Shown: in pieces, positions 25,884 through 35,454 of the stretch | How positions within the stretch are numbered: position 1 is the first letter of the stretch | Layout: every line of letters begins with the position of its first letter | From: Octopus bimaculoides | Taxonomy: Eukaryota | DNA length: 39,411 nucleotides | NCBI RefSeq assembly: GCF_001194135.2 | Contig: NC_068982.1 | Location: 120,041,575 to 120,080,985 of the forward strand | Direction of reading: 5' to 3' | The notes under the pieces: model-generated | Seen by the model: the letters and a program-made list of their open reading frames with translations, nothing else | Told to the model about the DNA's origin: nothing | The model's database searches: none | Made by a program: the position numbers and the translations under genes

Positions 25884-25932
<49 letters not shown>
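25884..25932. repeat. (AAT)n microsatellite
   Basis: Seen directly. Confidence 0.95.
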
Positions 25933-25933
<1 letters not shown>

Positions 25934-25959
25934 TAGCTGGCCCCGTGAAAACTTCACGG
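25933..25959 (-). mobile_element. Helitron-type 3' terminus (hairpin + CTAG|T)
   Basis: Minus strand reads CCGTGAA-gtt-TTCACGG ggccag CTAG|T: a 7-bp stem, a 6-nt spacer and CTAG followed by T, matching the established Helitron 3' end. Confidence 0.65.
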
Positions 25960-26229
25960 AAAACATAAAACTGTAAGCATCTGTAAATTCTGTGCTGGTG
26001 CCACGAGAACTGTTTCTATATTGTGACATTTATGAGAAATATCCAATATTGGCTGAGGACCTAATATATAGAATACGGTAATTAATTATATTGCAGGAAA
26101 GTAAAAGTAACATCCAATATTTGCTGTGCTTATATATCTACTCTAAAAATACTGATAAAGATTTATAAACACAAAACAAACGCCACCTTCTTTTCAGTCA
26201 CCACTCACTCTCTGTTTCACACCCACTCT

Positions 26230-26232
<3 letters not shown>

Positions 26233-26295
<63 letters not shown>

Positions 26296-26687
26296 ACTCT
26301 ACCGCTCACTTCAAGTATGCCTCCTCTGCTGAGCACCTTTTAATTTTATTTTTATTTCTACCTCTCTCTTCAAGTGTAGAAAAGTAACAGTAATATCCAC
26401 AGGTATTTTCTGAGAGACAGGCAGACAGAGGGAGAGAGAGGGTATGTGTAAGAGAGAGAGAGAGAGAGAGAGTACTCAGCCACATGCGCGTTAATTTTAT
26501 CCTAGTGTGGTAACGAAAAGTGAAAGTGACATCCAATATTTGCTGTAGTCATTTGTCTTTGATTTACCAATGTGTCTATGTATCTACTTTTCTTTCGATC
26601 TATATATCTACTTTCTTTCGATGTATGTATCAGTCTACTCTGAAAATACTGATAAACATTTTTCCTCTCTTCCTTTGAGTCACCGCT

Positions 26688-26780
<93 letters not shown>
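26233..26780. repeat. (CT)n / (GA)n microsatellites within a degenerate two-copy duplication
   Basis: (CT)n at about 26233-26290 and about 26691-26780, (GA)n at about 26450-26472. Confidence 0.9.
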
Positions 26781-26781
<1 letters not shown>

Positions 26782-26835
26782 TTGTACCTTTCCTTTAAAC
26801 CTTATTACCTCTTCGCTTGAAGTGTGACACACACC

Positions 26836-27293
26836 ACAGATATGTCCCAATCGATATAAATGGATCTGACAAGACCTACCAAAAACTAAGCAAGTAAAAA
26901 GATCTTGAAATAGAAATTAGCAAAATGTGGAACCTGAAAACTAAAACAATACCTGTTGTCATAGGTGCCCTAGGAATGATAGCAAAATGGGCTGATTACT
27001 ACCTAGCTCAGATACCAGGAAAACCCCAAAATGACAGAAATTCAAAAGATATTGCTATTGGGAACTGCCCATATCCTACGTAAAATACTGTCTATGTGAT
27101 CTCAAATTTTAAAAGAAACACATAATTTTCATATGGTTTCTTAAACATTCTCTAGAACAACACGATGTACAAAACGAAATATATGGCACCCTAGGCATAA
27201 GACCAACATGAACTTCTAACTTATCTGTTGAGGTCTCTGGGTGAGACTTGGTGCCAACTTGTACAAATGCAAAGCAAAAGTCAAACATAAAAC

Positions 27294-27334
<41 letters not shown>
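26836..27334 (+). mobile_element. R4/Dong-clade LINE 3' end (subfamily A) with (AAT)n tail
   Basis: Translates KLSK*KDLEIEISKMWNLKTKTIPVVIGALGMIAK...LLGTAHILRKILSM*, the C-terminus of the restriction-like endonuclease region. Followed by a 3' UTR and (AAT)n at 27294-27334. Confidence 0.85.
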
Positions 27335-27335
<1 letters not shown>

Positions 27336-27670
27336 TTTCAAAATACAAAGACCTGGAAATAGAGATAACTCGAATGTGGAATCTAAAAACAGAAACAATT
27401 CCTATCATAGTAGGTGCCTTAGGTATAATAAAAAAATATTCAGACAAATACATAACAAAAACACCAGGACTTACAAATATATATAACATACAGAAAATTG
27501 CACTACTGGGTACTGCACACATCCTACGCAAAACACTTTCAATACAGTAAACATAAGAGCACCACAGCAAACCACACCACATACCCAAGGCGCACAGAGC
27601 TGCGCTCGGTAGTGAAGTGAAAGCACGTTATAAAAATAAAACTACTGAATAATGATAATAATAATAATGA
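27335..27670 (+). mobile_element. R4/Dong-clade LINE, 5'-truncated (subfamily B) with (AAT)n tail
   Basis: Uninterrupted frame 27335-27550: LSKYKDLEIEITRMWNLKTETIPIIVGALGIIKK...IQKIALLGTAHILRKTLSIQ*. Different 3' UTR from subfamily A. It starts immediately after the previous element's (AAT)n tail. Confidence 0.9.
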
Positions 27671-27671
27671 A

Positions 27672-27717
<46 letters not shown>

Positions 27718-27740
27718 ATGATAGTAATAATAATAATAAT
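27669..27740. repeat. (GAT)n / (AAT)n compound microsatellite
   Basis: Seen directly between a LINE tail and a SINE tail. Confidence 0.95.
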
Positions 27741-27840
27741 CCTTTCTACTCTAGGCACGAGGCCTCCAAATTTGGTACTTCGACCCCCGAAAAGATGAAA
27801 AGCATAGTCGACGTCGGTAGAATTTGAACTCAAAACTTAA
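27741..27840 (-). mobile_element. tRNA-derived SINE fragment (same family as 36876-37066)
   Basis: cctttctactctaggcacgaggcc...cgacccccgaaaagatgaaaagcatagtcgacgtcggtagaatttgaactcaaaac matches the 36.9-kb copy with deletions. Confidence 0.8.
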
Positions 27841-27841
27841 A

Positions 27842-28441
27842 TGGCCGAGCATTATCCTGATGAAACAACACGTATGTGGCCGAGCATTATCCTGATGGAA
27901 GAACAACTTTCGTCTTGAAACCAAAGATGGTCGTTTTTCTTCTTGCGCTGACTTGAATGACTGGTAGAATGACCAAATCAAACTTTTCTGAAGGTTTCTC
28001 AATAGTTACGATGGGATTGTGTCTCACCAGGCTATGGAGGATGTACTCGACGAGCTCTACAGATCTTCCAGGACGAGGATCGTGTTCTAGGCTGTAGTTT
28101 ATGGTTTGGGATTTCTGGCACTACTGTTGACACTCGCTAACGCTTATTGTCCGATCCCCATATGCTGCATTAATATTCCTCGCACTTCCATTCCGTTGCG
28201 TTACCTTTATTGAACTCACGAAGCAAAATATGCTGAATGTGCTCCTTTGTAACTTCCATTATAGCTTTGAAATATTAACTGTTAAAAGCGAACTGCACTC
28301 TTCAAAACGCGCACTAAGACAAAGGATAATGTAAAATTACTACCTGCTTTTATAGCAAGTTGATGCAGATAGTTTATCCCGTCTCCCTGAACTTTTAGTT
28401 CATGCAATTGAAAAACCCGTATTATTTATGGGATGACCAAA
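27842..28441 (-). mobile_element. Mariner (Tc1/mariner) remnant, internally deleted
   Basis: Terminal repeat-like end ...tatttatgggatgaccaaa|TA at 28441. Transposase start MEVTKEHIQHILLREFNKG (ATG at 28259). Catalytic-domain motif LFFHQDNARPHT at about 27870-27910. Confidence 0.85.
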
Positions 28442-28474
28442 TATATTCATATATAGATATATGTGTGTGTGTGT

Positions 28475-28720
28475 ATGAGTTTGTCCTGCACCACCGCTTG
28501 ACAACTGGTATTTATATTTTTTTGTCCTCGTAACCTAACAGTTCAGCGAAAGGAACTGACAGAATAAATACCAGGCTTTAAATAAATAAGTACGGGGTTC
28601 AGTTCGTTCGAATAAAACTCTTCAGGTCAGTGTCTCAAATCTTCAATGCGTGTCCCAATAAAATTCCCAAGGTGGTGGCCAATATGGAAGCAGTCTAATG
28701 ACTGAAAGAAGTAAAAGATA
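28475..28720 (+). mobile_element. Decayed SINE 3' part
   Basis: ...cttgacaactggt...gttcagcgaaaggaactgacagaataaataccaggcttt...aaggtggtggccaatatggaagcagtctaatgactgaaagaagtaaaagataaaag, a recognisable SINE body ending in a taaaag-type tail. Confidence 0.6.
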
Positions 28721-29853
28721 AAAGGTAAACCAGTGGCAGCACGCTACCAAGAGGTATTCGAATCGAAACATTGGAAAAGGTAAATAAAATGCCTTGTGTG
28801 ATGTTGTCTAAATTCTGTTGAAAGAGTGTTGCTTCTCGGCGAGCAGTCGGTCCTCTCTTCATCAGTAGTGAAAAATTCCAGGAATAAAACTCAACATAAG
28901 CACACACTTGCATGGACATACATAGTGATTGTAATAAATGTATTTGAGATTGTAAACAGAAATTAAGATAATTGTGCTTGTGGGGGGGGGGCGTGTGTGT
29001 GTCCGTCCGTCCATTTCATCAAGTATGCCCATAGCTTTCTTAGTAGCATGTGGGTTGAGAGAGATACGCCTGCTAGTTCTATTTACTCATATGGCCGCGT
29101 ACATGTTCCCAGTTTCTCTGGTGATTCGCTTTGACACATTAATGCATGAATACGATTTCTCTGCAAATCACTTACGCTCTCTGTAAGTTTTCTTTTGCTG
29201 AAGAAATATTCTTATACTAAAATAATCTCTTCGTGCAAAACAAAGAAATTGTGTTTTCAGACTTTCAGCTTCGGTCGTTTCTCTAAATTAGAGATATGAG
29301 GGATATTTGAGTTGATCTACCACTAAATAGCAGCAGCATTGTGAATTCCTTTAATGAGGCACAAAATCAATACGTATGGTTGAAGTTGGTAACTTCAATG
29401 TAGTTGTGCAGTAACAAACTATGCCTAAGACCTCTGTCGCACACACTCACTGAATTTTAAATTCTAAATGTTTTAAATGGTTTGCGTATTTTATATCGTC
29501 TAATTTTCTAATGCAGATTTTTTTCCCATTAATCTACATACAGTTTATATGCCTATTCCAGAGTCTTCCTCCCCACCGTCACAAATTCGGCAATAATAGT
29601 CAATGTTTCAGTGTGGAGGTTTAATAATACCGAAATAGGCCTGGAGTTCACTACCGCCTGTTCACTATAAACTGACAATGAAGAAATAGAAACCGAACAC
29701 TCTGTAAATTATACGCAATGCCTTCATTTACAATGAAACATTTTAGAAAATATAACCCCGTTACATCATGCCCGGAAGATAAATGGGAGGGTAGAACATA
29801 TTTGACCATAGATTTAATCAGTCGAATTTGTTCTAGATCTACACAACACTTAC

Positions 29854-29912
29854 CATAACAGCAAAGACATAAATTCCAGAAGAGAACCAACTATTACCGC
29901 TACGGTAATATG
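29854..29912 (-). CDS. Candidate 59-nt internal exon (unassigned, hydrophobic)
   Basis: Minus strand reads ...actgaggcgttcattcttctttcag|catattacc...gctgttatg|gtaagt, with a strong polypyrimidine acceptor and a perfect donor. Two frames are open: HITVAVIVGSLLEFMSLLL and YYRSGNSWFSSGIYVFAVM. Confidence 0.4.
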
Positions 29913-30579
29913 CTGAAAGAAGAATGAACGCCTCAGTTTCGTATTTGTATTCAACGTTAAATATATGATATTTGTAGTTCTTCAAAAAGAAAAGAATCCT
30001 ATTAGTACAATATCATTAGCTAAAAAAATAATTAAGCAGGATAATTACCGTTATCAATAAGACATTCAGTAAAACAGTTTCTGCTTTAAAATATTTTTGT
30101 TTTACATTTCTTTTAACGTTCCAGCGTTTTGTCTGCTGTTTGTTTTTGCTGGGTTTTTTTGTGCTGTCTTGCTTTGTTGTTGGATTTGTTGCTACTTGTT
30201 ATTTTCGACGTTTCTTTTCTCTTTATCCAATTATTAAACAATTAGCTTTCTTCCAATTATACATAATGTCTAACAACTTTTTTGGTACAATTAGGGAAAC
30301 GTGATCAGGTAATATCCTTCAAATGTATGTATATATACGTTTGATTTATCTAAGTATATGTGTATGCGTATATACGTTTAGGTGTGTGCATGCATTTATG
30401 AATGCGCGAATGTTTGAAAAATGTGCGTACATGCGTCCTTGTGAGTGTTCATGCTTTTTTTTTCTAAATTTTCATTGAGTTTTTAGTTGTTTTTGTCAAG
30501 GATAATATTTTGTCGTTTTAGGTTAGCAATATTCTAATGAGATTAATAAGATATGGGTGGGTTTCAAAAGTACAGTATG

Positions 30580-30580
<1 letters not shown>

Positions 30581-30627
<47 letters not shown>
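30581..30627. repeat. (TAA)n microsatellite
   Basis: Seen directly, immediately 5' of the R4/Dong RT fragment. Confidence 0.95.
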
Positions 30628-30628
<1 letters not shown>

Positions 30629-31848
30629 CGAAAGGCTTTTGATAGTATTCCCCACACATGGATCCTAGAAACACTAGCCATGAACAAGGTATCACCAATA
30701 ATCATAAAATATATACAACACTCTATGAATAAATGGCAGACAGTGCTACAGCTCCAAACAAAAGAGGGACTCATAAAAACCAAAGCCATCCCCATTAGAA
30801 GTGGAATATTCCAGGGAGACACACACTCACCACTCTTTTTCTGCTTGGCACTGACACCTTTATCTAAACGGAACTGGATGTGGATACAAGTGTTACGGCA
30901 AAACAATCAGCCACTTCTTATATATGGATGAACTGAAATTGTAAGCTACAAATGATAACAGCTGGAGGCATTATTACAGATAGTAAATGGATTTACCAAA
31001 GAAATAAATATGAAATTTTGCTTAGAAAAATGTGCCAAAGCAACCTTGAAAAGTGGAAAACTAGTCAAGAGTAGTAACATCACAATAGATAAAGCAAATG
31101 AAATAAGAGAATTCGACCAAAGCCAGACATACAAATATATAAGAATCAATGAACTAGATATGATACAACGCACAAATGAAAGAGAAAATAAAAAAAAAAG
31201 AATATTGTAGACTACTTAGATTAATACTGAAAACGGATCGTGAAGCAAAAAGCAAGATAATAGGTATCAACACTCTAGTTATAAGTTACAGTTACAATAT
31301 CTTTAACTGGACACTAAATGAACTATCTAAAATAGACAGGAAAACAAGAAAAATAATGACAGGATCCAGGATGCACCACCCAAAATCTGACATAGAAAGG
31401 TTATATATATACAACATACAGACGGTGGTAGAGGCCTTATACAGCTAGAAAATTATTACAAAATAACCACAATAGGACTACAAACATACCTACTTCAGAA
31501 GCAAGGAAAACTAATACAACTAGCCACGAAGCACGAATAAAACAAAAAAGTGTTTTCAGTCTTTAAGGAAGCTGACAAATAAGAAAAGGAAGTCATTGTA
31601 TCTAAAAACTATGAAGAAAAGAGGAAACAACAAAATCTGTAAAACAAATGAAATCCAAGCTAAAACAAGAAAAGCAACGGATCATGATAAAACGATGGCA
31701 AGAAAAGCCCCTTCATGGTAAATACTGGGCTAAACTAAATGCGAAAGAAACAGACAGAGAAAAATCCCAGCAATGGCTGAGAAGCTCAGGACTCAAAGCA
31801 GAGACTGAAGGATTTTTAACTATAGCACAAGACCAAAGCCCCACCACC
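30626..31848 (+). mobile_element. R4/Dong-clade LINE RT fragment, 5'- and 3'-truncated
   Basis: YRKAFDSIPHTWI, GIFQGDTHSPLFFCLAL, HFLYMDELKL (YMDD variant), KFCLEKCAK, IDRKTRKIM..MHHPKSDIERLY, WQEKPLHGKY, WLRSSGLKAETEGFLTIAQDQS. Frameshifted. Confidence 0.92.
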
Positions 31849-32069
31849 ACCATCTTTGGTTTCAAGTCGAAAGGTGTTCTTTCATCAGGGTAATGCTCGG
31901 CCACATACAGTGAGGTTGAAATTCGAAAGGGTGGAGCAGTTTGAATGAGAAATGATGTCCCACCCACCATATTCGCTGGACATTGCCCTATCTAATTATC
32001 ATTTGTTCCGTTGTCTTCAAAATCATTTGGTCGGAAAAAATATGAATTCTGTTGACAAGTTCAGAACAG
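31849..32069 (+). mobile_element. Mariner transposase catalytic-domain fragment
   Basis: FHQGNARPHT and HPPYSLDIALSNYHLF (canonical HPPYSPDLAPSDYHLF). DNA is nearly identical to the 27.87-27.93 kb minus-strand piece. Confidence 0.9.
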
Positions 32070-32070
32070 T

Positions 32071-32268
32071 ATTATTATTATTCAGTAGTTTTATTTTTAT
32101 AACGTGCTTTCACTTCACTACTGAGCGCAGCTCTGTGTGTCTTGGGTATGTGCTGTGGTTTGCTGTGATGCTCTTATGGTTACTGTATTAAAAGTGTTTT
32201 GCGTAGGATGTGTGCAGTGCCCAGTAGTGCAATTTTCTGTATGTTATATATATTTGTAAGTCCTGATG

Positions 32269-32270
<2 letters not shown>
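32071..32270 (-). mobile_element. R4/Dong-clade LINE 3' end (subfamily B), 5'-truncated
   Basis: Reverse complement closely matches 27465-27650 (TNIYNIQKIALLGTAHILRKTL.IQ* plus UTR). (AAT)n tracts lie on both sides. Confidence 0.9.
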
Positions 32271-32303
<33 letters not shown>

Positions 32304-32390
32304 CATTGCTATTATTCAGGTCACTGCCTAGAATCGAACTCGGAGTCTTGGGGTTAGTAGCCCGCGCTCTTAACCACTACGCCATATGCC
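32271..32390 (-). mobile_element. Very short tRNA-derived SINE / tRNA pseudogene with (AAT)n tail
   Basis: Minus strand reads GGCATATGGCGTAGTGGTTAAGAGCGCGGGCTACTAACCCCAAGACTCCGAGTTCGATTCTAGGCAGTGACC, then (AAT)n. It has an A box, a CT-NNN-AA loop and a B box GAGTTCGATTC, but the acceptor stem does not pair. Confidence 0.8.
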
Positions 32391-32421
32391 TGCGTAGTGG
32401 TTAAGAGCGCGGGCTACTAAC

Positions 32422-32560
32422 AAATTTCCCCCAAGACACCTGAGGAAGGCTGGTGAGTATATCAGCCGAAACGTTGTGTTAACAACGAACAAGATGAGGA
32501 CAAATATCTGTCAAATGTAAATAATGTACATAATTCCTCATTTCTTAAACATAGAACTGT
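32422..32560 (+). mobile_element. Putative Penelope-like element terminal-repeat fragment carrying the hammerhead
   Basis: Inferred from the hammerhead architecture. No PLE RT or GIY-YIG coding sequence is visible in the window. Confidence 0.5.
32435..32480 (+). ncRNA. Minimal type-I hammerhead ribozyme motif (Penelope-like-element type)
   Basis: GACAC CUGAGGA A GGCUGGU-gaguau-AUCAGCC GAA AC GU U GUGUU. Core is CUGANGA + GAAA; stem II has 7 bp; stem I is GACAC/GUGUU; stem III is the loopless palindrome ACGU; the cleavage triplet is GUU (site after 32475). Confidence 0.75.
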
Positions 32561-32694
32561 AAATATTTAGATATTTCTATTAAAAGATCAAATTTACACA
32601 GAGTACAAACGACAGAGAAAATTAAAGGGTAACTAGCAACATGTTAGAAGTGCGACAGTTGATCCAACTCTCTGATGGATCTCCCTGTCCCCAG

Positions 32695-32800
32695 AACTGC
32701 ACTCTTCAAAACTTGCACTAAGAATAAGGGCAATGTAAAATTACTACCTACTTTTATAGCTAGTTGATGCAGGTAGTTTATCCCGCCTCCCTCCAACTTT
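32695..32800 (-). mobile_element. Mariner subterminal fragment (same family as 27842-28441)
   Basis: gaactgcactcttcaaaacttgcactaagaataagggcaatgtaaaattactacctacttttatagctagttgatgcaggtagtttatcccg is highly similar to about 28290-28385. Confidence 0.85.
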
Positions 32801-32946
32801 TCTTCCCCATTAATTTTTCTGTCATTTGTACTATGTAAGTTTGATGTATTAATATATCTATATATTTATACTTAAATAGTAATCGTCTTCAGTCTACAGT
32901 CTTTACTCTCTTTTTGCATGTATACATAAATACATACATGCATACA

Positions 32947-32982
<36 letters not shown>

Positions 32983-33967
32983 NNNNNNNNNNNNNNNNNN
33001 NNNNNNNNNNNNNNNNNNNNNNNNNNNNNNNNNNNNNNNNNNNNNNNNNNNNNNNNNNNNNNNNNNNNNNNNNNNNNNNNNNNNNNNNNNNNNNNNNNNN
33101 NNNNNNNNNNNNNNNNNNNNNNNNNNNNNNNNNNNNNNNNNNNNNNNNNNNNNNNNNNNNNNNNNNNNNNNNNNNNNNNNNNNNNNNNNNNNNNNNNNNN
33201 NNNNNNNNNNNNNNNNNNNNNNNNNNNNNNNNNNNNNNNNNNNNNNNNNNNNNNNNNNNNNNNNNNNNNNNNNNNNNNNNNNNNNNNNNNNNNNNNNNNN
33301 NNNNNNNNNNNNNNNNNNNNNNNNNNNNNNNNNNNNNNNNNNNNNNNNNNNNNNNNNNNNNNNNNNNNNNNNNNNNNNNNNNNNNNNNNNNNNNNNNNNN
33401 NNNNNNNNNNNNNNNNNNNNNNNNNNNNNNNNNNNNNNNNNNNNNNNNNNNNNNNNNNNNNNNNNNNNNNNNNNNNNNNNNNNNNNNNNNNNNNNNNNNN
33501 NNNNNNNNNNNNNNNNNNNNNNNNNNNNNNNNNNNNNNNNNNNNNNNNNNNNNNNNNNNNNNNNNNNNNNNNNNNNNNNNNNNNNNNNNNNNNNNNNNNN
33601 NNNNNNNNNNNNNNNNNNNNNNNNNNNNNNNNNNNNNNNNNNNNNNNNNNNNNNNNNNNNNNNNNNNNNNNNNNNNNNNNNNNNNNNNNNNNNNNNNNNN
33701 NNNNNNNNNNNNNNNNNNNNNNNNNNNNNNNNNNNNNNNNNNNNNNNNNNNNNNNNNNNNNNNNNNNNNNNNNNNNNNNNNNNNNNNNNNNNNNNNNNNN
33801 NNNNNNNNNNNNNNNNNNNNNNNNNNNNNNNNNNNNNNNNNNNNNNNNNNNNNNNNNNNNNNNNNNNNNNNNNNNNNNNNNNNNNNNNNNNNNNNNNNNN
33901 NNNNNNNNNNNNNNNNNNNNNNNNNNNNNNNNNNNNNNNNNNNNNNNNNNNNNNNNNNNNNNNNNNN
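32983..33967. other. Assembly gap (N run)
   Basis: Flanked by (TA)n on both sides. Confidence 1.
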
Positions 33968-33987
33968 TATATATATATATATATGCA

Positions 33988-34817
33988 CGAGGTCTGATCA
34001 ATAAGTAAACGGACTGATGCCATAGTAACGAAGCTAAAGCATGCAGAGTGAAGCCGCTCGACAAAGATTAACCGTGAACTCTGCTGTGCATGCGCACTAA
34101 GTTTTAGCGTTCTAGTTGTTTGCAGCAGTGGCTGGAAGAAAGGTATGTAACGTGTGATCGTCACATTCACCGAGACAGAGCAAGTGTATGAAGAAGAGTG
34201 TATGAGCCGCACACATGTGTACGAGTGACTCAGACATTTCCAAGATGGCAGACAAAATGTCGATATTGACGAACGTTCTAGGAAAACCGGAACCAGCAGA
34301 ACTGAGAAAAACATTACAGATGTGTGTGCAGCTGTGAAGGGAAATCGTCGAATCACCATCTGTGAGTTATCTGAGGATGTGCAGATGAGTTACTGTTCAG
34401 TTGAGTCTGTCATCACTGAAGATTTGGGTATGAGACGCGTGTCTGCCAAGTTTGTGCCAAAACTACTTTCAGCTAACCAAGAAGACACTCGGGTTTCAGT
34501 TGCACAAGATCTCCTTGATTGTGTCGAGAACGATGAAAATTTTTTGAAAACTTTGCGTAGGCCAGTGAGCAGGTATCGCCAAACTTTTGGCAAAAGTTGA
34601 TGCAGATTCTCTGCTCAGTTTGCTCTGTCATGGTCAATGCGACGATCACACGCTACACACCTTTCTTCCAAGCACTGCTGTAAACAGTGGAAGTGAGCTA
34701 TAACGTTAACACTTAGTGTGCATGCTCAGCAAAGTTTACGGTCAATCTGTACCAATTGGCTTCACTCTGCGTGCTTTAGCTTCGTTACTATGGTAACAAT
34801 TTATTGATCAGACCACG
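33988..34817 (+). mobile_element. Non-autonomous mariner derivative (830 bp) with about 200-bp inverted arms
   Basis: Ends CGAGGTCTGATCAATAA ... TTATTGATCAGACCACG|TA in TA-rich flanks. Internal transposase N-terminal half ...ITICELSEDV...ITEDLGMRRVSAKFVPKLLS...ENDENFLKTL (WVPK-type motif). No DDD domain. Confidence 0.92.
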
Positions 34818-34907
34818 TATATATAAAGTTTTGCATTTCATAATGGACAAATTTTTTGAGCCCTTAAAAGACGATGTTTTTTTTTATCTATTATTTCTGA
34901 TATATAA

Positions 34908-34947
<40 letters not shown>

Positions 34948-35102
34948 TAGCTTCTCTACAGATTAACCCACAAGACGTGCATTTGAAAAAGTATATAACG
35001 AAAATGCTTACACACAATACAAAAACTTCCTTCCAAAAGGTTCGTGTCAGTCTGTTTTGCTTTAAGATGATTTTATATAATTTAAAGTTATATGTACATG
35101 GG

Positions 35103-35440
35103 TGTGAAGGCGCATGGTACATTAGCTAGAGCGTCGGGTTCACAATCATGAAGTAGTGTTTTTGATTCTCAGACCGGGCTGTGTATTGAATTCTTGAGCA
35201 AAACACTTTATTTCACATTGCTCCAGTTCACACAGCCGTAGAAATGAGTTGCGACGTCACTGGTGCCAAGCTGTATCGGCCCTTGCCTTTCCCTTGGATA
35301 AAATTAGTGGCGTGGAGAGGGGAGTTTGACGCACATGGACGACTGCTGGTCTTCAATAAACAACTTTCCCGGACTCGTGCCTCGGAAGGTAGCTTTCTAG
35401 GTGCAATTCCATTGTTATTCATGACCCTAGGGGGTCTTTA
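35103..35440 (+). mobile_element. tRNA-derived CORE-like SINE, near full length
   Basis: Head gaaggcgcatggtacattagctagagcgtcgg..., core ttcttgagcaaaacactttatttcacattgctccagttcac, then body to ...catgaccctagggggtcttt. Confidence 0.8.
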
Positions 35441-35454
35441 ATATACATCAGTGT

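Noticed and set aside
28825-28870. Minus-strand CUGAUGA AGAG...CUC
   Set aside because: No GAAA core follows the putative stem II.
32319-32390. Functional tRNA gene (ACT anticodon loop)
   Set aside because: The acceptor stem does not pair, the T stem is mismatched and it carries an (AAT)n tail, so it is a SINE or pseudogene.
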